From: Podospora anserina
Taxonomy: Eukaryota
NCBI GenBank assembly: GCA_017654855.1
Contig: CM030332.1
Coordinates: forward strand, 4,526,001 to 4,590,000
Direction: 5' to 3'
Length of the DNA: 64,000 nt
Shown: piece after piece, positions 11,504-25,297 of the stretch
Numbering within the stretch: the stretch's first letter is position 1
How the letters are laid out: each line of letters begins with the position of its first letter
The notes under the pieces: generated by a model
What the model saw: the letters and a program-made list of their open reading frames with translations, nothing else
Told to the model about the DNA's origin: nothing
Databases searched by the model: none
Position numbers and translations under genes: made by a program

Positions 11504-13244
11504 TCACTCTGAATCCAACTTGGACTCGACCTCCTTAGACCACCACTCAGCCCAGTCAACCACTTTTCTCTCCTTTCTTGCCTTTTCGGCGCAAAACACG
11601 ATCGCGTGACTTCGAATAACCTCATCTAAAGTGCATCCAATCAGCTCTCTCTGGGCTCGGTCCGTAGACCAGCCGTGATTCTTGACCATGTCGACAGCCA
11701 TGACAAACTGCCTTGTCAGACCAGCGTCCCCACCACCATGGCCCAGGCTCTCGACCTGTGTGTTGTGAGTGATGCTCTGTCCCGTGTTGAAGTTATGAAC
11801 GGTAATGGTCTTTGAGTCGGCAAAAATTTCACCGTCTACACCATAAAGACGCGTGTACCGTTCGCACACCTCCTTTGTTTGGGCTACCATGTGGAACGTA
11901 GCCAATTTGCTACCACGCCCGCGAAGATTATCCACCGAAGGAGCTGTCAGTGCGGTACTGCCACTACTCCTGTCTTGGCTGGATAAAGGGGAAGAGGGCC
12001 TCGGGTCTTCATCCCACGAGATGGTGACAATCTGCTCGTCGCAAACGTCGTTGTCACTTTCGTAGACGCATCTGCCAAACCAGTTACGCTGTGCGACCTC
12101 TGCATTTGTGGTGGTGTCGTCGTAGTCCTCGGCCAGATTTGCGAGCACGGCAGCTTCGGCGTCTTGCCCAGTTCCATAAGACTCAATGTCCGGAATAACT
12201 ATGCTCAAGGGCCATCCTCTGTTGCCTGTGCCCACGCCCACGAGTTCCGGGCCAACGTAAATTCGTTTGGCTGAGTATTTGCAAGACTGTTCAATGGGGC
12301 AGGACAAGCAGTTTGTGGTTGCTCCAGCTGCCAAAGGCTTTCTACTTTTCTTGAAATACTGAAGCGACCCTGTGCTGGAAACGGTGGAGGGCAGGTGAGG
12401 CGGAGGGCAGCCTCGCGAGGAACAGTCTGGAGGTGAACAGAGAAGCCACAAAAGCACATCGATATCGTGGCAGCTCTTGGTAAGCAGGCTGGGAGCCGAT
12501 GTCCTCTCACGACGCCTATATAGATTCGCACCGGTTAGGTATTGGCATTTGCAGGGTGGTTCAACTTCGGACATACCAGTTGCCTCTGACATATGAATGC
12601 GTGAAATGCCACCAGCCCACGGGTTCTGTATGAACCACCGACAAGATATCTCCAATGACGCGATCCTCCAACAGTAGTTTTCGAAGCAACTGATTGTGGG
12701 GGCTGTAGCGAAGAACATGTCCGATCGAAAACACGGTCTGTTGGCCTGTGGCGTCAACGTTGTCTTGCAGGGCTTTGTACATGTCGAGGCAATGGTCCAG
12801 AGTGGTCGCCATGGGCTTTTCGCACATGATGTGTATTCCACCCAGCTTGGAAAGAGCAACGACAACCTCGCGGTGCATCTCGTCAAGGACACAGACAAAG
12901 GCAGCATCGATGCCGAGGGGAACATCCTTCTCCCCAGCCTCAGCTCTTGCCCTACGTTCCGTTTCATAAGCCACAAATTCACGCCAATCTCTGAAGGAAG
13001 CCCCCTCTGGTGGTGGTAGGGTTGAGCCCCATATCATCGTTGTTCCAAACTTGTTCCTCTTGTAGTCGTCTGGCTCCGCAACAGCACTAAGAACGCCATT
13101 GCTAGAGGAGATGACAGCTCGGCCATAGGCCCGACCGCGAGAACCGGCACCGATGACCAGAAGTCGGGGGGGACACTCGGAAACAGGGGGTGGCGGTGGA
13201 GGAACCACTCCCTGATCTCTGGGTGTTTTGTCGTCCATGTCCAT
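11504..13244 (-). CDS. Gfo/Idh/MocA-family NAD(P)-dependent oxidoreductase (1 intron, ~12517-12576)
   Basis: Rossmann motif VIGAGSRG, CEKP, HSYVRGNW|RRE across the intron, KSCHDID and GHGGGD. Start codon uncertain. Confidence 0.88.
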
Positions 13245-13803
13245 CGGCAGGTAGGAACCCAATAAATGTGTGGTTGAGCGTCAGAAAGTTTGAGACTGGG
13301 AGAGCAGGTGCTCATATACCTGCCAGGCAGTTAGCCCACAGGATGTATGTGGCAGGGGATTCGAAGGAGAGGGAACTAGGGCTCATGGCAGGAGGTTGCC
13401 CTGCAAAATGCCTACGGTAATGCAAGATAGCCCGTATTAGGAACAGCGCTCCTCGTTCTGCCTTGCACAAACCCACAGCTCCGAGTCTCCAACCAGAGCC
13501 CTACCCGATGGGCGTCGATCTAAGGATAACCAAGCTCTGTGTTCCAATTGGTATGAGGGAGATGGTGTAAATGGACAATGCCCGGAACGATATCCGCGGC
13601 CGCCCCGCTTGGCCGTTCCCGTTCCGGGCCCAACCAGCTAATGTGCTCCGGGTCGGGTGTCTCCACCCCGCCTGCATGATTGTTTAACTCTACTTCTGAC
13701 GTTCGGCGGCTGATCATAGGCCACTTGGGGTTTGGCTCTTTTCTTGGAACCGCCTTACTTTCCCCTCTTTCTCCGTAAAGGCGCAGTACGCGGCGAAAAA
13801 GAA

Positions 13804-14595
13804 ATGTCCACTGACACGCCCGTATCCCATCCACGCGATGCCCTTGTGTGGATCGACTGTGAGGTATGTCGGATGTGTTGACGCACTTGACTTACGAGCT
13901 AACAGTAACTGACCATTTCATCATGATATGCCAGATGACTGGACTGGACCCAGATAATGACCTGATTCTGGAGATTTACTGTCTTATCACGGATGGTCAA
14001 CTCAACCTGCTTGATGATGAGGGCTGGGGAACGATAGTGCACCAAAGCAAGGCGCGGATGGATGCCATGGACGACTGGTGCACTCGAGTCCGTAGGTTCA
14101 GCTGCCACCAGAGGACTTGGAAGCACACATCGGATTTCTAGGGCTAATATCGGTTCGACAACAGATGGTGGCAGTGGCCTTACCGATGCGGTGTTGAGAT
14201 CAACCGTGACCCCAGAACAGGCTGCTGATGGGTTGCTTGCATACATTCAACAGTATGTGCCTGATCGAAATACCGCCCTTCTTGCTGGAAACAGTGTGCA
14301 TGCAGACCGGGCTTTCCTTCGAAAGGCGCCCTATGACAAAGTTCTCGAGCATTTGCACTATCGGATACTCGACGTTAGCAGCATTAAGGAGGCAGCCCGT
14401 CGATGGTGGTAAGTGGTTTGCTCCATTTCATGCCCCCAACTGGGGAAACCTCTGACACTACTTTGCAGTCCCAAGATTGCTTCCAAGGCACCCCGAAAGA
14501 AGGGGCTCCACAAAGCCAAAGACGACATACTGGAGAGCATTGAGGAAGCCAAGTACTTCAAAGCAGCCATTTTCCACGGAACTTGGTCGAGTTAA
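13804..14595 (+). CDS. REX2: Oligoribonuclease (DEDDh exonuclease), 4 exons
   Basis: LVWIDCE|MTGLD, WCTRV|HGGSGL, LAGNSVHADRAFL, HYRILDVSSIKE and HKAKDDILESIEE. Confidence 0.93.
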
Positions 14596-14709
14596 AAGAG
14601 CACTCGGTATATGCAACTACAGGGCACGGCAGGGGATACAAATTACGTGTATTCAAAAACACACTACTACGCCTAGGTTGCTCTCATGCCGCTCTCTTGG
14701 AGAGCTCGT

Positions 14710-16732
<2,023 letters not shown>

Positions 16733-17386
16733 CTTGACGCTTTCGAGGTGGCGGCGTGATTCTGTTGCTCTACAGGAGTAAAGAGGAGTTGGAGGGGAGA
16801 AGACGATGGGCACTAGGGGGGGGCGTTATATGAGATTGATGAGGAGGGTGTGAGAGATTGGATCGGGACAAAAGAGGAGCACTTGTTGGGCTGGGGCGGG
16901 CACTGGCGGGGTGTGTGTGGCCCATGGCAGCAATTCCCGAGAGGCACTCGCCCCACCGTGCCATTCGGAATGGCAATGGCATCGCATCGAAACAGGACCG
17001 CAACTTCCTCTGCGGCGTGATGGGATGCAGGCAGACCCAGCGCCATGCCGCAGGTATGCCCGATAACTACTGCGCGCATTTTCACCTCGCACACGCAACC
17101 GGGCTGTTGTCAGGATAGCTCAAGCAACAGGCACGTGGAGGAAGCAATGACTCCCAGTCGTCTTTCGAACCTCTCTCGTAACTGATTTGAATAGACGAAA
17201 TGACCCCGTAATGCTCATGCCCAAGTCTGGTGAACCGAGAAGGTGGAATCCGTGATGTCATGTCATAGTGACAGACAAAGACGGGTTCGGCCTTCTGCAG
17301 CGAGACCCCTCCGACGGGCCTAGGCTTGACCACTTGCTCCCAAGAACTCCATTCCATGTAGCACACATAGTCTAGCCGTGTGTTGT

Positions 17387-19427
17387 CTAAGAAGGCCCTG
17401 CATCGTCGTTATCAACCTCCTCGGACGACTCGACGTTTGCCATTCTCAATGCAAAGACTTCTCTGAACCTTTTTGCTCCTATATTTGTGACATCCTGTCA
17501 GTGAATTACCTCTGCGGATCTGAACGGATAGGGGCCACACACCTTCCTCGCGATCAAAATAAATCTCAAATGCACCAGACTTGTTCTGTCGCATATTTTC
17601 CTGCCGGTATGCGCTACAGAAGACATATAACTGAACATCCTTCAGCCACACACGGTGCTTGGAGCGACGGCTGAGCCAGGTCCGCGACTGGGACTGGTGT
17701 GTGACTGAGAAAACGGCGTTTAGAACAAGGTGGGCCGGTAGACAATAGGCACATGAAACTCACCAAAGGCTGTCCATACGGGACATTGTCTCAACTCCCC
17801 TTCCCATACCGCTGCATGGAGGCGTAGGCCTCGTGTTTGAATGTCTTCGTACACAATGAGGGAGTGTTTGAAGCCGTCATCAATAATTTGCCTGATGGAG
17901 ACACGCAAGTCAGCTTGGACTGGGCCTGAACCCGTGATGGAAAAGGTGGGAGGAGGGAGTCTGGTTTAAACGCACGCTTGAAAGAGACGTTTCTCTCTCT
18001 GAAGTCCAAATTCATTGGGATGTATTTGCACCGTCAACATATTGCGTGCCTTCAGCGCCACAAACGTACAGTAAAACAACACCATTTCTAGACATCTTGT
18101 TAGCCAGTCCAGAGACAAAGGAAATTAAAAAAGTGACGAGGACGCCTACCTTCCCATGTCAGGAAATATAGAGCAGCCCAGAGTTTGCTGCATTGTTCTG
18201 ACCGGCTCCATCGTTTGAGCTGCAGTGCACTTCCTTCCCGGTTGATACAGAGCTCGTGAGCACCAAACAGCGAGAACCAGGGAATATCGCCCTGCATGGT
18301 TCTCATGAGCAAGTAAGGTGATTGGTCGACCGAATTCAAGTAGACAACGATTGAGATCCTGTCCTCATCAAATGGCCTATAGTCACCAGTGATATCAATA
18401 CCCTTTCTGCATTGAAGAACTGAACTTATATGGCCAGTACGCACCTCCGGAATAGAATTTTGGACTCTGACGGAATAGTGAAATGGCCCCAGGGGTAGAA
18501 GGGTCCATACGACTTGGAGCTTGAGAAATACGTCAGCTGGACCTTCAGAGGTGGCTATTTTCAACAGAACATACGGTCTTAAATGTTTCAGGGCCGTTCG
18601 AGACGGCAGCGGTAGGGAGAATATCTGCTCCGCCCAGTGTGCGTTCTGTGATTTGTTAGAATGGTGAATTCAACAGAAAGAGAGAACCTCACGAACGGCG
18701 TCTTGCATGATTGCTAGTGGCATGAGCTCTTGCCGCACCAGGGTCCCAATCTGCATCGGAGGTGGCGCTTCAGGGAGAGAGTAGTCGTTAGCCACCGCGA
18801 ATTCTTCCTGGCCATGCGCCAGCTAGCTCCAGGGGGAAGAAGCTCACCGATTCCTCTCTGTTCCCGCAGCTTCAAAATTCGAGTGCGGAGGGTTTCAAGA
18901 GTGTTGAGCTCAAAGCTCGGCGACCTAAACAAAGTAAGCTCACGGCCAAATAAAGTGTTAGAAGGAGATCAAAGTTACCTCGTCAACAGCTGCTTCAGCA
19001 ACGATAGGAAGTGATTGTAAAGGACAAATCTTTGTGGAAGTGGGAGCCCAGAGGCTTCTTCCGTCATTTTATTGTACATCTTTCGCCATCTCATTTCTCT
19101 CGAAATGGTTTTCTCCTCATAGTAACCGATGATATCTTTCAGGGTCCGAGACAGGCAAGGGAGCACGACGTTGAGGTAGTTGGCAACGATGGGGACACGC
19201 GAGAAGTGCACCTGGGATCGGTCGGCGAGGTCACGTAGAAGACGGCACGAGCTTCGTATCTCCCCGGTGAGGGCAATGAGATGGCCGTGGAAGGACTCGG
19301 GGAGTGCTATTCGTAGTTGATCGAGACCCATGGCCACAATCTCGCACCTGTCAGCCTCACGACAGCAGCCCCGGAGGAGGTGTGCCTCAATGGGGATGTT
19401 GAGGTTCACTGCTGTCTCGAGTTCCAT
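17387..19427 (-). CDS. Conserved fungal hypothetical protein (about 9 exons)
   Basis: Exons join through canonical introns into one uninterrupted frame (MELETAV...HWAEQIFSLPL...CPVWTAFVTHQS...DAGPS*). Confidence 0.8.
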
Positions 19428-21055
19428 GATGACTTCTTCTGTCAGTCGATTGGGTAGTGTTTACAAATCAGCTGAGATATCGAGTTGAGTAATTCGTGCT
19501 GATTAGTCTGGATGACGGCGTCGGCCCATGGCGGACCTTGAAAATCATGATCTCTGGATGGGCCGGTATATTGCTGGCACCGGTGTTTTCTGGCGCCCTC
19601 CCCCCCCTGAGATAGGCGATGGTGTTTTGGTTATTTCAAGATGATGTGCCGTTGCAGTGTCGAGGCTGGGGAGAAACAGGGCAGTGGAGGTTAGCACACT
19701 ACTGACCCTGCCCAACCACCTGACCCGAACTCGAAGAGGAGAAGGGGTATGACAGTGGGCGGCGATGACAGGGGGTTTCAACAAAAGCTCAGCCAAAGAC
19801 TAGAGCGGTCACGATCTTTGTTCCGAGCTTTTGCACAGAAGGCAGGCAGGAGAGGACGGGGGAGGTTGCAGATCGGAAGAAGTCCGAGGGAAACAAGCAG
19901 ACGGGGACGAGACCGACTTTAATGCCAAGCCAACCCACCGACAGCGGCCGTGAAACATGCCTGTCATGCCCCCTCTAGTGTAAAGAGCCTCAATTGTTTA
20001 ATCAACAACAAGTGCCGACTCTGAATAGCCTCCCATAGCCTTAGGTTATGATCAGGGTTATGAAGCAGGAGGTGGCCCGTAACACGGTATAGCCGTGGAC
20101 GAAGGGAGCCGGATATTGGGTATCGAGGCATGATAAAAGAGACGCCGAACGAGTAGAGAGGAGGGAAAGATGGGGAGGCTCGAATCAGATGAGGCAAGGT
20201 GCATAGATTGCTGCAATGCAGAATAAACCGAGGAGTCAGAGACTGCCACGAAGCCAGCCCAGATGCTGCAGCAGCAGCAAAGGTCATAAACGTGCATTAG
20301 ACAACTGTTGGAGGACTGAAGAGCGAATGAAGAGAACCGGGCCTCTGCGGCGATGGGACCTGCCATGCCGGGAAGAACCAATCGAGCAAGAGAGACCATG
20401 CATGGTAAGTTGCAGCAAGTGGACAATCTGCTGCCCACATGACGATGATTGGAAAGGGATGGGCGAGGGGGCGTGATTTTCACGTGAGCAGCAACTGCTG
20501 TGAGCTTTTTGGCCTGTGGAGCGAAGTATCGAACCACACCCGAACAATGGTTTGGCCATACGTCGCAGGTCGTCGACTGCGGCCCCAGATTATGTTTGGG
20601 AACCATTGCAAGAAACATGCTTACAATTGGGGGACATGATATTATGTAAAAGGCTCATTGTTGTCTCGAGGCCCAGGAGATGAGAAAAGGAAACCTTGAA
20701 TATTTGTTATACATGTGTAGGTAGTAGCTTAAGGGGCCAGCATCACACCCCTCATGGACCCATGCGGTCCCCCAGCCCAAAAGAAGTCATCTGTAAGATT
20801 CCCTCTCCCTGAACGATTCCTTTGATCATAGCAAAACCTCGCGCAAAACCATGCCGGAAAATAACTGAAAAATAAAAAGAGAAGCAGTGAAATCCCATGG
20901 CCGTGCCCCAAGCAACACCGTCCCAACCCAAAGATACATGGTTTAAAAAAAGGCGCCGAGCAAGTCGCACCGCCTTTGCATTGACTGGATATGTTTGTTT
21001 GTTTTTTCAAGACTAGTTGCCGCGAGCGCAACGAGTCGGCGAGAAAAGAGTGTAT

Positions 21056-21506
21056 TTAGGACGACTCCTCCTCGTCGCCGTCGGCCTATGCGAACCGGTC
21101 AACCATCTTGCACCCTGGGAAGGTGTGATGCTCAGGCGAGACTTACGTTGTACGCCTGCTTCTCATCCTCATAACGCTTCTTGTCGGCGGCAGCCTTGGC
21201 CTCATACGGGGCACGCTGCTTGTCGCTGAGAGCCTTCCATCGCTCACCGAGGATCTTGCCAACCTGGCCGAAGGAAACACCAGGGTTCTCCTCGCGCACG
21301 TTCTCTCTCTGCTCGTTGGCAAAGAACATGTACGCCGAAAGACCACGCTTAGGAGCGTTGGGGTCTGCAGAGGCTGGTCAGCTCACGGCCCAGGCCAGGT
21401 CAAGACGCGTCAGGACGCGCCAAGGATCCATTCTTTGCTTACCCTTCTTGCCCCGCCCCCTCTTCACCTTGGGCTCGGCCTTGCTCTTAACTGCGGCCTT
21501 AGGCAT
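21056..21506 (-). CDS. NHP6: Non-histone HMG-box chromatin protein (3 coding exons)
   Basis: MPKAA...[48 protein letters not shown]...YEDEKQAYN. Confidence 0.97.
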
Positions 21507-22833
21507 AATGATTGATGTGAATCTATCGAGAGCACCATGTTAGTCTGTGAGACGTGTGAGGAGGAATGCGAGGCCAGACTGCGTGTTGCGGGGGGTGCAT
21601 GGTGCGAAGGGGGGCTTTCTCAAGCAACAGGCGCAACATGCGCGCGCGTCACGTGGTGAGAAGCCGTAAGAGCTGCCCCATCCCCGATGACGAATGGACG
21701 AGTGGCCCAGAGTCGCAAACGCAATTGCGCGCGACGACGGCATCAAAACACGGCGCGAAGCTCAAAAATCAGAAGAGAACATGTGAAGATACGTACTGAA
21801 ACGGGTTTGAAGGGATTCAGATGATGAAATGTGGGCTGGTGCTGGAAGTGCGCGACAGGTCAGTATGTCAGGTCGTTGTTTTGATCCGAGGGTTGAACTG
21901 GGTTGGCAGAGAGCAGGGCGGAGTGAGAGATCAGAGAGGAGTATGAGTAGTGGGTGGGAGATGTGCAGCATAAACCGAAGGCAGGCTTTGCGTCGGGTGG
22001 GTGGATGAGAAGGGAGAGTCAATGACAATGACCCAAGGTGCTGGGCGGCGGGGAGGCAGATAATTGCTTGCTTGCTTGTTGTTGCTGTGTATTGTTGCTG
22101 CTGCCGTTGCTGCTAAAAGGGAAGGGCAATGGAGAAAAGGCGCAAAGCCAATGGAGCAGGGCAGGAGTACTTGTGGTTTGGCGGGGAATGGCGGGCAGTG
22201 GGAGGTACTCACCGGATGCGCAGTTGTGCGGTCTTCAGTATTGGGAGTTGTGTGAGGTGCAAGTTTGTATGGGAGAAGGAAAGGAGAGTTGAGAGGGGAG
22301 GGGGACGCTGGGGAGCCGATTTTTCTAGAGGCAGGCCCGCTCCCTCACCCCGCCCGCCCCTTGATTCAAATCAGCCCGCTCATGCCTGGTAACAAAAAAA
22401 AGCTGCAGCCGGGCTGATTTTTTTGGGCCTGATTTTTGGCACCCACTCAACGCACCGGCCAGCCCTTGGGCCCTTGACTGCAAAGTACAAAGTACAAGGG
22501 TCCTTGTACAGCCGAACTGTGCGTTTTCGTACCCGGTACCTGCGACATTTCCCTCTCGTGCGTCGGCAGCGATGTCTTATATCACTACACCAGAAGGCCC
22601 CTTCTTGCTCTCACCTGCAACCCGCCGACACATCCTACTACACCACGGCCGGAAGCTCGTTGCTCGTTGCGACACCTCGGCCAGTTCAACTCGCTCCTGC
22701 CCAGCTCGCCATTCTGTCGCAGTCATGGCCACGTCCAGCCCAAGGGTTGAGTATGTCATCCATACACGAAAACAGCTTACCTCTCAAAAGGTTGTTGCGG
22801 GTGTTACACTAAGCTGCAGGGCGAACAGAGAAG

Positions 22834-22877
22834 AGCGGCAACGGCAGCAGCAGCGGCAGCAGCAGCGGCAGCAGCAG
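22834..22877 (+). repeat. Imperfect CAG/CGG microsatellite
   Basis: Three (CGGCAGCAGCAG)-type units in the intergenic region. Confidence 0.8.
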
Positions 22878-23859
22878 GATATTGCGGTGAGCGCAAACGG
22901 TCCTCCCTCTTGCTGGTTGCCGGCGCCGTCTTGATACATTGCTGGCTCAGAACCAATCAACAGCTCATCTGTCTACCTCAGGATACCAATAGGTGAGGCA
23001 TAGGCAGCTGCAGCAAATGCCTTCATGGGCCTGGGGCTGTCCTCAGTCCAGGTGAGGTGCTCAGAACGCGTCTGATAGGTGCACGGTTCCCTTCAACATG
23101 GGCAGGTACATCTATGGGTGCTGAAATCCTTTGCCTACCAAGTACCCCGTACCTCTCTCTCCCCTCACAATTCCCCGTCCTTCAAAGAGCATGGGCGCAT
23201 CTCTGTCCGCGCCTCTCCCTTATCGGCCTGGTTGGCATGGTTGGTCAATCACACACCTTTTGATGATTTCGGAGCGCTTGGTCACTCGCACCCAGTCACC
23301 CAGTCCCGTCACCCCAACATGCCACTGGCCCCATCTGGGCAGGTTGCCAGTCCGCTCCCCCAACGAAGAGCCACAGCCAAGAAGCGAGGCGAAACTCGTC
23401 TGCGCGACGTCGAGATTATTTCAAGGCCACCCAGCAGCCAGCAGCTTACGCCATTCCATCGGACACGGAAGGTGAGGGTTGGAGCAGAGGTGGAACCGTC
23501 AAAGACGGCCATGATGAGAGTAGGCAAATGTCCGTAACCGTACAAAACGCCATCCACACTCCCACGGTAACTACTCTTCTCAGCTTGGTTGACACCACTC
23601 TCATGAAAGGAGGGGAAGGCAACCTGTTTTGGACGAAATCGGAATCCTTTTCCGCGCACAGAACATCTGTCCCGCCACGCAGAGCCTACACCACCCAGTC
23701 CCCGGGCCGTTGCCTTATCCACCACTTGATTCTTACCTAAGCAAACGGCGCATCGCTTTCTGTGATGGCCTCTTGGCCATCAATAGATACATACTGCATG
23801 GTATGTTGCTGGCTGCCTGTAAACTACCTTTATCAGATGCCTCTCAAAGCCAAGCCTCC

Positions 23860-24640
23860 TCAATCGTCGATGTCGAGCACCAGTTCGCGCAAACGCTCAT
23901 CCCGAACCCAGTCAAGGCCGCTGCCAGCGACGATAGCACTAGCTGTGCCTTTCATCACTCTCCATTTTCCGCGCGTCGCTCTAAGCTGGGTCTCTAATGT
24001 GTCCAGTTCCATCTTGAGCTGTGTATTTATGACATTGTTGGGTTCTTGCCCGACATTATCAGCAGCAAGGTCAAGCGTTTCCGATGCGAGTTCCACATTT
24101 CGCTGTTTGGTTTCTAGATATTCAACCTCAACCTTTGTGAGCCTCTCCATGGCCGAGTGCAGGGCCGAGCAGTGCTCAGCGGTGCGCTTTGCTGCATGGT
24201 CGCGCTGCTCGATGTGGGATAAAAGATCCCTAGGTATTGGTTAGCGACAGCTTTGGGCCTCCATGTCAGTGCAGCACCCACCGTTCAACAGGCGAGGCGT
24301 GAGTGGCATGGTGGACGGCTTTTAGAGTTGGCTGGACCGCCACGACGCTTTCGATAACTCTGTCGCGAAGTGACAGTGATGCGTTTGCTTCCAACAGCCG
24401 GGTTCGACCGTCTGGTGATCCTTTCCCTTTAAACAAGGAAGTTAGCCACAGAGCATGTGCCAGGCACGCACCATCTCGGTCATGCTGGTAAGTCTCATAC
24501 ACACCTTGGGTGTAACGCTCTTGTGCTCTGAGAACTGCCAACTGGAGCTGGAGTTGTTGCACCTTGTCGTAAAGCTCCAGCACGCCGGCTTCGGCCTGGG
24601 ACAGCTCGGGTACAGAGGTCGTTGCATTGATTGCTGCCAT
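23860..24640 (-). CDS. Kinetochore protein CENP-H (Mcm16/Fta3-like), 3 exons
   Basis: Coiled-coil protein with PTLKAVH..THASPVER|DL and the CENP-H-type C-terminus WRVMKGTASAIVAGSGLDWVRDERLRELVL. Confidence 0.8.
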
Positions 24641-25297
24641 GTTGGTGGGAAGAGCTGTAAATTTCGATCCCGTGGTGAATGCTTCGCCGGTCCACACGTG
24701 AGCCAGACGCGCCTCGACGCGGTCTTCACCTTTGAAGCAGCAGGAAGCTTTTAGGTCTGCATGACGTAGCAGTGCAGCTAGCTTGAGAGCACAGTGTATT
24801 TAACATGGATGCCCCTCTACGGAGTAGTGCAGGTGGTCTTTTGGTGGAACCCAGGTGGCTTGGTGAGCAGCAGCCTGGGGCGACCAAGATACGGTAATCA
24901 TCCACAACCACAGCCTGTCTGCCTTTCGGCGGCATGTGCGCTCTTGAGCTATACCTCACCTTAACCTCCACCATCAGTATTTTAAGGTTGGAGCCTCCAG
25001 GGCAGCTTGATTCAATTCTTGTGTGTTTTTCCAACCCACAGGTGTGAAGTGGGCTGGGTTCTTCTTACGGGAGACGGCCGACTGCTGCCAACCGGGCATC
25101 CCGCGTGTCTATCCGTCCTTTGCACCTGCAGAACACTGAACGGTGAAGCTGAACAAAAACACTCGGGATAAGAAAGAGACGGGCCTTTATCGTTTGCGCG
25201 CCGTCTCCTCCCGCCGCAGCCCGTTGCGAAACTCTGGTCAACGGGTCCAGCCTTTTCCATCTGCATTCCGTTCTATTCTTGAAAGGCATGTGTCGAT

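Noticed and set aside
14085-14170. Apparent broken splice site in REX2
   Set aside because: Using the GTAGGT donor at 14092 with the CAG at 14164 restores WCTRVHGGSG.
17387-19427. Fragmented ORFs suggesting a pseudogene or edited stop
   Set aside because: All fragments join through canonical introns with no premature stop.
19500-23850. Many short ORFs around NHP6, including the poly-Q ORF 22572-22934
   Set aside because: They show no recognisable motifs, overlap in all frames, and the poly-Q comes from a microsatellite; most likely UTR or promoter DNA.
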